Shown here one piece after another: positions 55,416 to 64,000 of a stretch of 64,000 nt of DNA. A program made the translations under genes and the position numbers. The stretch is from a bacterium (lineage in GTDB: Bacteria > Cyanobacteriota > Sericytochromatia > S15B-MN24 > UBA4093). Within the stretch, counting starts at the first letter, position 1, and every line of letters begins with the position of its first letter. A model generated the notes under the pieces. The model saw only the letters and a program-made list of their open reading frames with translations. It searched no databases and was not told where the DNA came from. The stretch lies in contig JAYKJE010000021.1 of the NCBI GenBank assembly GCA_035285805.1, positions 156,956-220,955 of the forward strand, given 5' to 3'.

Positions 55416-56769
55416 GTACTTCGGCACCGACGGCATCCGGGGCCTCGCCAACCATGAGCTGCAGCCCGAACTGGCCTTCCGGCTGGGTCGCGCCGTCGCG
55501 GACGTGCTGGTCGGCGAGTCCAGCGGGCGCCCGGTCTTCTTCATCGGTCGGGACACCCGTCGCTCGGGCTCCATGCTCGAAGCTGCCCTCGCCGCCGGAC
55601 TGGCCTCGGCCGGGGTCGATGTCGAGTTGCTGGGCGTCGTGCCCACGCCGGCGGTCGCATGGCTGGTCGCCCGGCACGGGGCCGCGGCAGGGGCCATGAT
55701 CTCGGCCTCGCACAACCCCGCTCCCGACAACGGCATCAAGCTCTTCAGCGCTTCCGGTCACAAGCTGCCTGACGCCGTCGAGGCCCGGATCGAGGCGCTC
55801 CTCGATGCCGCCCTCGATACGTTGCCCCGACCCACGGGGGAAGGCGTCGGCGTCGTCACCGCGCGCGAGGATCGTGTCGAGACCTACGTCCAGCACCTGC
55901 TCACCCAGGCAGGTTCCAGGTTCGAGGGCAAGCGCGTCGTGCTGGATGTCGGTCACGGGGCTGCCACGGCCCTGGCGCCGCGGGTCCTGCGCGTGCTGGG
56001 GGCCGAGGTGACGGTGCTCCACGACGCTCCTGATGGAGACAACATCAACCGTGGGTGTGGCTCGACCCACCTGGAGGTGTTGCAGCAGGCGGTCCTCGAG
56101 GGATCCTACGACCTGGGGATCGCCTTCGACGGGGATGCCGATCGGATGCTCGCCGTGGACGAACGCGGGCGCATCGTGGATGGCGATCGCCTCCTGTTGA
56201 TCGCGCTCAGGCACGGGCTCGAGACGGGGCGCTACCCGATGCCTCGCGTGGTTTCCACGGTGATGAGCAACCTCGGGTTCGAGGAGGCCGTCCGGAATCT
56301 CGGAGGCGAACTGGTGCGGACCCCGGTCGGCGATCGGTACGTTCTCGAGGCCATGCGCGAGCAGGGGATCCTGCTCGGGGGCGAGCAGAGCGGCCACGTG
56401 ATCTTCCTGGATGCCAATACCACGGGTGACGGGCTGCTCTCGGCGGTCCGGCTCCTCGCAGCCGTGGTGGCGGCAGGTAACCGGCTCTCTGAACTGGCGG
56501 ACACGATGGTCGATTTTCCGCAGATTCTCCGGAACGTGCGGGTGCGCTCGACGGCCGGCTGGCAGGATCACGCCGTCATCCGGGAGGCGATCGCCGTCGC
56601 CACCTCCGAGCTGGAGGGGGTCGGTAGGGTGCTGGTCCGGGCTTCCGGCACGGAACCGCTCATTCGCATCATGGTCGAGGCGCGGGACGCGACGCTCGTG
56701 GAGTCGACGGTCACCCGCCTGGCCGACGTCATCACGGCCGCTCTGGAGGCCGTCGAACCCGTCGCCTAG
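55408..56769 (+). CDS. glmM: phosphoglucosamine mutase
   Basis: MGKYFGTDGIRG N-terminus and active-site serine loop. GGGAGGA ribosome-binding site. Overlaps the galE 3' end by 8 nt. Confidence 0.9.
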   Translation: MGKYFGTDGIRGLANHELQPELAFRLGRAVADVLVGESSGRPVFFIGRDTRRSGSMLEAALAAGLASAGVDVELLGVVPTPAVAWLVARHGAAAGAMISASHNPAPDNGIKLFSASGHKLPDAVEARIEALLDAALDTLPRPTGEGVGVVTAREDRVETYVQHLLTQAGSRFEGKRVVLDVGHGAATALAPRVLRVLGAEVTVLHDAPDGDNINRGCGSTHLEVLQQAVLEGSYDLGIAFDGDADRMLAVDERGRIVDGDRLLLIALRHGLETGRYPMPRVVSTVMSNLGFEEAVRNLGGELVRTPVGDRYVLEAMREQGILLGGEQSGHVIFLDANTTGDGLLSAVRLLAAVVAAGNRLSELADTMVDFPQILRNVRVRSTAGWQDHAVIREAIAVATSELEGVGRVLVRASGTEPLIRIMVEARDATLVESTVTRLADVITAALEAVEPVA

Positions 56770-57827
56770 CGCTCGGGCCGGATGAATCCCTGGAGGCGCT
56801 TCCGGAAGTCCTCCAGGGAGAGGCTCTCGATGCCACCGGACGCTTCGCGCGTGCGTACGGGGCTGGACTTTCCGTTCGTCGTGCTGCCCGTGAGCCCCGT
56901 GTTTCCCCATGGATTGCGGAAGATCACGCGGTTGCCCTCGATCTTGAGGACGAGCACCATGTGCTCCGAGTGCGTCTTTTCGCCCTGGCCGCGCCAGTCG
57001 AGCATGACGGGCGCTTCTCCGTGGCGCGCCAGTGTCTCGCGCAACCCCTTCATCAGGCCATCGATGCCCCAGTTCGTGAAGGGCACCCGCCCGAGCAGAG
57101 GGACGACTTCCACGGCTTCATGCGGCTTGCCTGTCAGAGCCGTGGCGGCACGGGCCACCTGGATGCTCAGCAGACCGCCCGGGAAGGGCGTCCATGGGCC
57201 AAAACCGTGGCGGTCCGCGCCGTTGCGGTAGTCGACGACGCCGTTGGCCAGGTCCATCATGGCCGCCTCGAACAACCGGCTTGCGGCCGTCCGGCTCGAG
57301 CGATCGTCCTGGAGGCTGTCCTCCACCCGTACCAGGTCTTTCCCACCCGCCGTCTTGACCCGGCCTGAAGGGCTCGCCAGGCCCGTGACGAGACGGACGT
57401 ATTCGGCCGGATCCCGTCTGGCCAGGCTGTACTCGAGGGTGGTGACCGTGCAGGTGCCCCGGTCTCCCTGCTGGATCAGCCCCGGATCGGCGACCTGCTG
57501 CACCAGGTCGCTCATCAGACGGCCCCGGTCGAGACCGGGCGCGAGGGGCGCCGTGGCCAGCCTCGCAAGTTGCTCGAGCAGCGAGGGCTTGCCGCCGGGA
57601 TCCCGCTGGCCGTCGAGGGCGCCGGAGCGGTCGAGGCGTTCGAGGGCCACGGTCCCTGGCCAGTCGAGCACGTGTTTCACGGTGGCCAGCCGCTGGCTGC
57701 GGATGCCGCGGGTGTAGACGTCCTGCGTGCTGCTCTCCCGAGCCGCCACGGGGTTCGTGGACGGGCCCGGTGGTGGGCCCTTGCGCTGGCGGGGTTCGAG
57801 TGGATTCGGGGCGATCGCGAGACGCAT
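56766..57827 (-). CDS. hypothetical protein with papain-like (clan CA) cysteine-peptidase signature
   Basis: Candidate catalytic Cys in IQQGDRGTCTV (Gln six residues upstream, like the papain oxyanion Gln). Candidate His/Asn in HSEHMVLV...VIFRNPWGN (compare papain H...NSWG). GGAGAGGTG ribosome-binding site before the ATG at 57827. Confidence 0.45.
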   Translation of the reverse strand: MRLAIAPNPLEPRQRKGPPPGPSTNPVAARESSTQDVYTRGIRSQRLATVKHVLDWPGTVALERLDRSGALDGQRDPGGKPSLLEQLARLATAPLAPGLDRGRLMSDLVQQVADPGLIQQGDRGTCTVTTLEYSLARRDPAEYVRLVTGLASPSGRVKTAGGKDLVRVEDSLQDDRSSRTAASRLFEAAMMDLANGVVDYRNGADRHGFGPWTPFPGGLLSIQVARAATALTGKPHEAVEVVPLLGRVPFTNWGIDGLMKGLRETLARHGEAPVMLDWRGQGEKTHSEHMVLVLKIEGNRVIFRNPWGNTGLTGSTTNGKSSPVRTREASGGIESLSLEDFRKRLQGFIRPER

Positions 57828-57964
57828 GCGGACACCTCTCCTTCGAGGGATTCTTCCTCCGTTGTCGGTGCACCGAGGGAGTGCTGACGTGAAGAAGCTG
57901 TTAACTTCTGGGGTCGGGGCCTCGGATAGCCCTGGCGGCCCTGCGGGTATGAACAAGTTGAGGA

Positions 57965-58834
57965 GTGGACCTCATGGTGCGGAACATCGACCCCTCTCGA
58001 GGGCGCCAGCCCTTGCCCGTCACCGGACAGGCCGTCGGCCCCGTGCCAGTCGCCCCTTCCGGTGCGCGCGCGAAGCCACGGCCGGCCAGACGTTCCTGGA
58101 TGCAGGAACTGCTTTTCGAGGCCGGGCTTGCCCGGGGTGAGGACCCATCAGCCACGGAATCCGGACCGGGAGAACGTGCCGGACGCGCGCTCCAGCCCTC
58201 CCGCGAGGCGTTGCTGGCTCTGACCTCCGAACCGGGTCGGGTCATCGCTTCCGTCGAAGAGTATCGCCGTCTCTTGCACGCGCGGTTCGATCCGGCCGTG
58301 CACCGCGCCATCGAATTGCTCGCATCCGAGCCCGTCATGTCGGCGGCCGTCCGGGTCTGGCGACCCGGGCACGGTCAGGACAACCGGCGCATCGGGGAAT
58401 CCCTCGTGACGTATCTGGGACAGGCCCTCGGGGAAGCGTACGGCTTCGATCCCGTGCCCGTCGTGTTCGATGACCAGCGTGCGGCAGGCTTCCGGGGCCT
58501 CTACGACCGACGCTTCGATCGCGTGTATCTGCCAAACCGGCTGACAGCCGGCTCGCTCCACGACTTCCTTGACGTCGTGACCCACGAGCAGATGCACGCC
58601 TTCCAGGATCGCCTGATCGGTCGTCTCCAGTTGCTGAAGGGAGAACCGCTCCCGACTCTCGACCGGATGCTCGCCACCTACTGGAAGCACGAGGAAGGGA
58701 AGTACCGGGCCCTGATGGCCAGCGGTTCGGACATGAGTGCGGAGACTCGTGAGAAGTACCGCAACATCGGACAGGAATATCACGCGATCGCCACGGGCCT
58801 GGCGATCGCGGGGGCACTGGATCCCCGAGAGTGA
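57965..58834 (+). CDS. hypothetical protein with HExxH (zincin-like) motif
   Basis: VVTHEQMHAFQD motif. No signal peptide. Translationally coupled to the downstream gene (GTGATGA overlap). Confidence 0.45.
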   Translation: MDLMVRNIDPSRGRQPLPVTGQAVGPVPVAPSGARAKPRPARRSWMQELLFEAGLARGEDPSATESGPGERAGRALQPSREALLALTSEPGRVIASVEEYRRLLHARFDPAVHRAIELLASEPVMSAAVRVWRPGHGQDNRRIGESLVTYLGQALGEAYGFDPVPVVFDDQRAAGFRGLYDRRFDRVYLPNRLTAGSLHDFLDVVTHEQMHAFQDRLIGRLQLLKGEPLPTLDRMLATYWKHEEGKYRALMASGSDMSAETREKYRNIGQEYHAIATGLAIAGALDPRE

Positions 58835-60093
58835 TGAACCGGGGCTACCTGGCAGGAATCGCCGTGAACGTCGTCGTGCTGGGTTTCGTTCTTTCCGGTC
58901 CCGCCCGGGCAGACGAGGTTTCTCCGGGTTTGCCGTTCCCCGCTTCCCCCGGTTATCCATCGGCCTCCGGTGCGTCGGCCCCATCCACGTCCCGCGGGAC
59001 CGCTCCCGCCGTGCTGGCGGTCGACTCGCGAATCGAGCTGGTGCAGCAGCCCCGTCCCGACCCGTCGTGGGTTCTTCCGGAGCTGGCCGGGTTGCTCCCG
59101 CAGGCCTGGATGGGGCGTGTTTCGCGACTGGGACTGACTCTCGAGCAGGATCTTCTGCCGGGCGTGCGAGGCGTGATCGCCGCCCGGGCCGTCCAGGACC
59201 TCGAAGAACCGCTCTTGAACCCCGACTGGCATGACACGGCCCGGAACCGCCTGGAGGCCCTCCGGCGGGGTGGTTCCGACCTCCGTCCCCTGTATCTCCC
59301 CGAACTGCACCGGGCGATGATCGTGTGGCGGGACGTCGAGCGGGGTGGAGAAATCTCCGTCGGGCAGATGGTCGTGCCCATGGACTTCGAGGACGCCTGG
59401 GCAGCCCATCCATCCCCCGCGCTTGCGCCTCGCTTCACGCCCCTCACCACCTGGCTCTCGGGACGGTCGACAAGCCTGTATGAACCCTCCATCGGCAGCC
59501 GGTTCCGGGATGTCGGGGCCAGAATGGCCGTCGATACGGGGCCCTTCCCGTGGTCGATCGGCCTGTTCAACGGCAGCGGTCCCAACCGCCTGGACGATGG
59601 TCCCGAGAAGCACGTCTTTGCCCGCCTCGACTGGCGCGCACGCCCCACCGACCGGATCGGGGCAAGTCTGTTCTGGGGAACCGAGACCCTGCATCCGTCC
59701 GGATTCGACGTGCCCGGAGTCCGGCTCGACCGAAAGCGCTGGAACGTCCATGCCGAGTTCGAGACCGGGGGACTCACCTGGCGCGGTGTCTGGGGGCGGG
59801 ACGACCGGGGCGACGGTCAGGCCTTGCGAGAAGGCGGATGTTTCGAGGTCGCGCAGCCTGCGGGAGACGGCGGACGCTGGTATGCGAGAGGCAGCTGGTT
59901 CACGGACCCGAAGGCGATGTCCGACGTCGATTACCGGACCCGCGAGGCCCTGGTGGGTTTTTCCCGGGCCTGGACTCCCGGCTGGACCTGGCGCAGCGAG
60001 GCGTGTTACCGGTGGGAAGATGCCGGGACCACCCACACGGAAGATCTCCGGTGGCTCTCGGCTCTCGATCTGCGCTGGACCATCGAACCGTGA
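58831..60093 (+). CDS. hypothetical secreted protein, possibly an outer-membrane beta-barrel
   Basis: Signal peptide (AGIAVNVVVLGFVLSGPARA). C-terminal alternating aromatic/hydrophilic beta-strand-like pattern ending ...LSALDLRWTIEP. Confidence 0.4.
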   Translation: MMNRGYLAGIAVNVVVLGFVLSGPARADEVSPGLPFPASPGYPSASGASAPSTSRGTAPAVLAVDSRIELVQQPRPDPSWVLPELAGLLPQAWMGRVSRLGLTLEQDLLPGVRGVIAARAVQDLEEPLLNPDWHDTARNRLEALRRGGSDLRPLYLPELHRAMIVWRDVERGGEISVGQMVVPMDFEDAWAAHPSPALAPRFTPLTTWLSGRSTSLYEPSIGSRFRDVGARMAVDTGPFPWSIGLFNGSGPNRLDDGPEKHVFARLDWRARPTDRIGASLFWGTETLHPSGFDVPGVRLDRKRWNVHAEFETGGLTWRGVWGRDDRGDGQALREGGCFEVAQPAGDGGRWYARGSWFTDPKAMSDVDYRTREALVGFSRAWTPGWTWRSEACYRWEDAGTTHTEDLRWLSALDLRWTIEP

Positions 60094-60100
60094 GGTTGCC

Positions 60101-60691
60101 ATGATACCCATCCCTCGACATGCACCCCTCGTCCTGGCCTCGGCGTCTCCGCGCCGCGCCCAGTTGCTCGAGCAGGCCGGGATCCCTTTCCAGGTCGACG
60201 TGAGTGCCATCGAGGAGATCCTCGATCCGACGTGGTCTCCCGCCGAGGCCGTGGTGGAACTCGCGAGGCAGAAGGCGCGTGACGTGGCCGTCCGGCATCT
60301 CGGTGGGGAGGTCGTGCTCGCCGCAGATACCGTCGTCGTCGTCGAGGGCCGCATTCATGGAAAGCCACGGGATGAGGCCGACGCGCGCCACATGCTGGCG
60401 GCCCTGTCGGATCGCTGGCACGAGGTCTACACGGGCTGGTGTCTCGTCCTCCCGGAGGGTGAGCGCGTCGGTGTCGAGCGCACGGATGTGCACTTCGCCC
60501 CGCTCGACGAGGAGACCATTGCACGCTACGTGGCGACCGGTGAGCCGCTCGACAAGGCCGGGGCCTATGCCATCCAGGGGCGGGGCAGCCTGTTCGTGGA
60601 CGCCATCCGCGGAGACTACCACAACGTCGTCGGCTTGCCCGTCCACGCCATCGGGCGAGCCTTGCTTCAATCGGGCTTTCTCGTGATATAA
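60101..60691 (+). CDS. maf: Maf-like nucleoside triphosphate pyrophosphatase
   Basis: [11 protein letters not shown]-terminal motif. 196 aa. Directly upstream of mreBCD, the conserved arrangement. Confidence 0.85.
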   Translation: MIPIPRHAPLVLASASPRRAQLLEQAGIPFQVDVSAIEEILDPTWSPAEAVVELARQKARDVAVRHLGGEVVLAADTVVVVEGRIHGKPRDEADARHMLAALSDRWHEVYTGWCLVLPEGERVGVERTDVHFAPLDEETIARYVATGEPLDKAGAYAIQGRGSLFVDAIRGDYHNVVGLPVHAIGRALLQSGFLVI

Positions 60692-60731
60692 CCCTATTTC
60701 GAGTGCGTCCACACCGTCAGGGAGCCCCGGA

Positions 60732-61766
60732 GTGTTCAACCAGCTGATCAGCCGCTTCTCGCGCGATATCGGGATCGATCTCGGTACCGCGAATACCCTC
60801 GTGTACATGCGGGGCAAGGGCATCGTGCTGCGGGAACCCTCCGTCGTCGCGCGTCACGCTCACGGCGGTCGCGGGGGGGCCGTGGCGGTCGGTGAAGACG
60901 CGAAGATGATGATCGGCAGGACCCCGGGCGATATCGAGGCCGTGCGCCCGCTCAAGGATGGCGTCATCGCGGACATCGATTGCGCCGAGCACATGCTCAA
61001 GCACTTCATCGAGAAGGTGCACGCCAAGTCGGGTATCTGGCGCCCGTACATGGTCATCGGGATCCCTTCGGGTGTCACCGAGGTCGAAAAGCGTGCCGTC
61101 GAGAATGCTGCCCAGCAGGCGGGAGCCCGCAACACGCCATTCCTGATCCCGGAGCCGATGGCCGCCGCGATCGGCGCCGACCTGCCCGTCGAGGAGCCCA
61201 CCGGCTCGATGATCGTCGATATCGGTGGAGGGACCACCGAGGTGGCCGTCATCTCCCTCGGTGGGATCGTCGTCGCCCGGTCGGTTCGCGTCGCAGGTGA
61301 CGAGTTCACTGACGCGATCATCCAGTACATGCGCAAGGTGCACAACCTCAGCATCGGTGAGCGCACGGGCGAGGACATCAAGATCAAGCTCGGTTCCGCC
61401 TATCCGCGCATCGATGACCAGGAGATGGAAGTTCGCGGACTCAACCTGCTCTCGGGACTTCCCAGGACCGTCCGGGTCAACGGCGCGGAGATCCGCGAGG
61501 CACTTCAGGAGCCCGTCCAGCAGATCGTCGATGCCGTCCGGGACACCCTGGAAAGGACGCCTCCCGAACTCGCGGCCGACATCATCGACCGCGGCATCGT
61601 GCTGGCTGGCGGCGGTGCGCTTCTCCAGGGACTCGACGAACTGATCGCGCACGATACCGAGATCTCGGTCCACGTCGCGGATGATCCCCTCTCGTGTGTC
61701 GCCCTCGGAACGGGGAAGATCGTCGAAAACCCCAGGCTGCACCACGCGTTGCGGAACTCTCGCTAG
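60732..61766 (+). CDS. mreB: rod shape-determining protein MreB
   Basis: Actin-fold phosphate motifs ([29 protein letters not shown]). Full-length MreB-like. Confidence 0.95.
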   Translation: MFNQLISRFSRDIGIDLGTANTLVYMRGKGIVLREPSVVARHAHGGRGGAVAVGEDAKMMIGRTPGDIEAVRPLKDGVIADIDCAEHMLKHFIEKVHAKSGIWRPYMVIGIPSGVTEVEKRAVENAAQQAGARNTPFLIPEPMAAAIGADLPVEEPTGSMIVDIGGGTTEVAVISLGGIVVARSVRVAGDEFTDAIIQYMRKVHNLSIGERTGEDIKIKLGSAYPRIDDQEMEVRGLNLLSGLPRTVRVNGAEIREALQEPVQQIVDAVRDTLERTPPELAADIIDRGIVLAGGGALLQGLDELIAHDTEISVHVADDPLSCVALGTGKIVENPRLHHALRNSR

Positions 61767-61776
61767 GGACACGTAA

Positions 61777-62589
61777 GTGTCCACCTTCCGCCGGGTCGCC
61801 ACCCGGGATGTCGTCTTCGTCCTGGCCTTGATCGGTTCGGCGCTCCTGCTGGGTTTGATGACCGGGAGAAGTGCGCTCCTGGTCCAGCTGCTGGCCCCTG
61901 CATGGCGCGTCGTCGAGCAGGCGGTGGCGAGCGGGAAACTCGTCGTCGGCCGCTTCGAGCGGGTTTCGTCGTTACAGGCAGAGAATGTCCGGTTGCGAGA
62001 CCAGGTGTCGGCCTTGCAGGTGGATCTGGCCCGCGTCCGCGAACACGTCCTCGAGACCGAACGTCTTGCCCACTTGACGAACCTGGTCACGCCCGGGGTC
62101 GAACAGGGGGTAGTGGCCCACGTCGTGGCACGCTCACCCGTCAACTGGCACCAGGTCTGCACGATCGACCGCGGTGCCGAGGACGGAATCGGGGTCGATT
62201 CGGTCGTGCTTTCGGGGGACGGGGTCTGTGGACGCGTGCAGAGGGTGAGTGCCCACGCGGCCGTCGTCGGCCTGCTCACCGACATCGGTCAGGCCTGTGG
62301 CATTCTCGACCAGCGCTCGCGGAGTCCCGCCGTGCTGCAGGGGCAAGGCAACCTGTCCCTGCAACTGGCTTTCATGCCCCAGCAGGTGGACTGGCGCGTG
62401 GGGGACCTGCTCGTCACCTCGGGGTACGGGGGCATCTACCCCAGGGGCCTACCCGTCGGCCGCGTCGCCCGGGTCGAGCAGTCTCCGGGTGATCCCTCAC
62501 CCACCGTCGAGGTCTCGCTCACCACGGACCTGGATCGACTCGAGATCGTGCGGGTGCTGGCCCCGCGTCAGCGCTTCGAGGAACCCTGA
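61777..62589 (+). CDS. mreC: rod shape-determining protein MreC
   Basis: N-terminal TM and coiled-coil, C-terminal beta-rich domains. Position between mreB and mreD. Confidence 0.85.
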   Translation: MSTFRRVATRDVVFVLALIGSALLLGLMTGRSALLVQLLAPAWRVVEQAVASGKLVVGRFERVSSLQAENVRLRDQVSALQVDLARVREHVLETERLAHLTNLVTPGVEQGVVAHVVARSPVNWHQVCTIDRGAEDGIGVDSVVLSGDGVCGRVQRVSAHAAVVGLLTDIGQACGILDQRSRSPAVLQGQGNLSLQLAFMPQQVDWRVGDLLVTSGYGGIYPRGLPVGRVARVEQSPGDPSPTVEVSLTTDLDRLEIVRVLAPRQRFEEP

Positions 62590-62590
62590 C

Positions 62591-63091
62591 GTGCGCATCG
62601 TCGTCCCCCTGGTCTGGATCCTGGCTGCGCTCTTCTTGCAGGCTTCCGCCCTGAACCAGATCCTGCCCTTTCGCCTGGATCTGATGCTCGGGTTCTCCAT
62701 CGTGTGGGCGGCCCTGGCAGGGCCCGCACCCGGCGCGCTCACCGGTTTTTTCGGTGGGGCGGCGCTCGGCTGGGTGGCCGGTGGTGGATGGATACGGCCC
62801 GCGGTTCGATTCCTGATCGGCTACGGGATCGGGGCGCTCAAGCCGGTCCTGTACACGCGGCAGTCGGTGCTCCTGCCCCTGGTGGCGATCGCCACCGTCC
62901 TCGAAGAGACGATCGCTTCGCTCGTCTGGCTACTTTCCGGGCATCTCGCTCCCATCGAGGCCCTACCGCGGACGCTTTCCTGGCTCGTTCCGGGGAACGT
63001 GCTGCTCGTCTGGCCGTTGCTGGGCCTCATCAAGATCACCTTCGAGTTCCAGCGGGACCGCTGGGTCGAACGTTCCGAGCGGCTCGTCTGA
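62591..63091 (+). CDS. mreD: rod shape-determining protein MreD
   Basis: GTG start 1 nt after the mreC stop. 167-aa polytopic membrane protein. The track's upstream ATG lies inside mreC. Confidence 0.65.
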   Translation: MRIVVPLVWILAALFLQASALNQILPFRLDLMLGFSIVWAALAGPAPGALTGFFGGAALGWVAGGGWIRPAVRFLIGYGIGALKPVLYTRQSVLLPLVAIATVLEETIASLVWLLSGHLAPIEALPRTLSWLVPGNVLLVWPLLGLIKITFEFQRDRWVERSERLV

Positions 63092-64000
63092 TGTTCGCCT
63101 CGCGTGGTCGGTTCCAGGGCGCACTCATCCTGGTGGCCCTGGCGACGGGGATCCTGGTGGCCCGGCTCGTCTACCTCCAGATCGTGGGGCAGGCCGATTT
63201 CTCGGCCCGTGCCGACGGGAATCGTCTGCGAGTCGTCTTCATTCCCGCCCCGCGTGGCGTGATCCGCGATCGCAACGGGGTCATCCTGGCAGCCAATCGC
63301 CTGTCGTACGCTGTCACCCTGTATCCAAGCGATTCCCCCCCCGAGGAGCGCGACAGGGTGGCGACTCGGCTGGCAAAACTGCTGGGCCTCGATCGCGAGG
63401 AGATCCGGCTGCGGTGGCGCAAGGCCAACCGCTCGGCGCGACCGGTCCAGCTGCTGCAAGATGTCTCGCCCGAGAACATCGCGATCATCACCGAGAACCA
63501 GCGCGTGCTCGGGGGGGTGACCATCGAACCCGTCACCGTGCGCTTCTACCCGCGAGGGCCCCTGGCCTCTCACCTGATCGGGTACACGGGGGAGATCGCG
63601 GATCAGGACCTCGAACGCCTCTCGGAGCAGGGATACCGGGCGGGTGATATAATCGGGAAGACGGGGGTGGAACGTGTCTATGACCTCGAGCTCCGGGGGA
63701 CCCCGGGGCGACAGCAGATCGAGGTCGATGCGCGAGGCAAGCTCATCCGGATCCTGGCGAAGGTGCCGCCCATCCCGGGCAAGGATCTGACCCTCACCCT
63801 CGATAGTCGACTCCAGGAAGTCGCCGACAGGATGCTCACGGGATCGCGTGGCTCTCTGGTCGCCATGGATCCTGGCAATGGTGAGGTACTCGCTCTGGCT
63901 TCGGCACCGGCATTCGATCCCAACTGGTTCGTGGGGCGCATCACCCCGGACCGCTGGAAGGTCCTCAATGGCCCCGACCATCCGCTGCTGAATCGGGCGA
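63091..64000 (+). CDS. mrdA: penicillin-binding protein 2 (MrdA), 3'-truncated by window edge
   Basis: ATG overlaps the mreD stop (TGATG). N-terminal TM anchor. PBP dimerisation-domain motifs (RGVIRDRNG, RFYPRGPLASHLIGY, GKTGVE). Open to the window end. Confidence 0.8.
   Translation, partial: MFASRGRFQGALILVALATGILVARLVYLQIVGQADFSARADGNRLRVVFIPAPRGVIRDRNGVILAANRLSYAVTLYPSDSPPEERDRVATRLAKLLGLDREEIRLRWRKANRSARPVQLLQDVSPENIAIITENQRVLGGVTIEPVTVRFYPRGPLASHLIGYTGEIADQDLERLSEQGYRAGDIIGKTGVERVYDLELRGTPGRQQIEVDARGKLIRILAKVPPIPGKDLTLTLDSRLQEVADRMLTGSRGSLVAMDPGNGEVLALASAPAFDPNWFVGRITPDRWKVLNGPDHPLLNRA

Noticed and set aside
50670-56910. Long minus-strand ORFs (50670-52946, 52489-54483, 55204-56910) across the glycan locus
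   Set aside because: Antisense shadow frames of well-supported plus-strand genes (GT4s, sugar transferase, galE, glmM).
57828-57964. Partial palindrome AGAAGCTGTTAACTTCT in the divergent promoter between the papain-like and HExxH genes as operator
   Set aside because: Imperfect and short. Could be chance. Mentioned only here.
58148-62285. Minus-strand ORFs 58148-59413, 58780-60354 and 60717-62285 opposite the HExxH, barrel, maf, mreB and mreC genes
   Set aside because: Shadow frames. mreB, mreC and maf are unambiguous on the plus strand.

Overview
High-GC (about 70%) bacterial chromosomal window. The lineage looks non-proteobacterial (RqcH, SepF-YggT-YggS division cluster, Rho with an N-terminal low-complexity insertion, LysM-M23 peptidase), but I cannot place it further from sequence alone.

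Gene content, left to right:
- 5'-truncated dCMP deaminase.
- Complete Tad/Flp pilus locus on the minus strand (tadC, tadB, cpaF, cpaE, tadG-like, cpaC secretin, cpaB, tadE-like, flp pilin). It is preceded by a 301-aa unknown protein and a divergent Dam (GATC) methyltransferase. The shared intergenic region is AT-rich and carries 7 GATC sites in about 110 bp.
- uppP, then tRNA-Pro(TGG) and tRNA-Gly(TCC).
- An unusual tightly coupled operon: cytoplasmic YD-repeat protein, two unknown proteins, a B12-binding radical SAM enzyme with a CX4CX2C cluster motif, and a frameshifted CarboxypepD_reg/TIG/NHL lipoprotein.
- Phosphodiester glycosidase, grxD-bolA, tRNA-Arg(TCT), tRNA-His(GTG), TlpA-like oxidoreductase, tRNA-Arg(CCG).
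- Lipoprotein, SDR-like protein, orphan MCP.
- An AT-rich islet holding a YgiT-type zinc-finger (antitoxin-like) gene.
- rqcH, tsaD, 5'-nucleotidase, tcdA, tatD, cysteine desulfurase, MFS transporter, LysM/M23 peptidase.
- rho with an R/E/G-rich N-terminal insertion encoded by tandem 39-bp repeats.
- yggT-proC-sepF-yggS, S8 peptidase, UbiB kinase.
- A glycan locus: ugd, uxs, two GT4 glycosyltransferases, a polyprenyl-phosphate sugar transferase, galE, glmM.
- A divergent pair of putative papain-like cysteine peptidase and HExxH protein plus a beta-barrel-like protein.
- maf-mreB-mreC-mreD-mrdA (3'-truncated).

No CRISPR array, integrase or transposase was seen. The many long antisense ORFs in the six-frame track are GC-rich shadow frames. 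Coordinates taken from the ORF track are exact; coordinates for tRNAs, hairpins and GATC sites were counted by eye and may be off by 1-2 nt.
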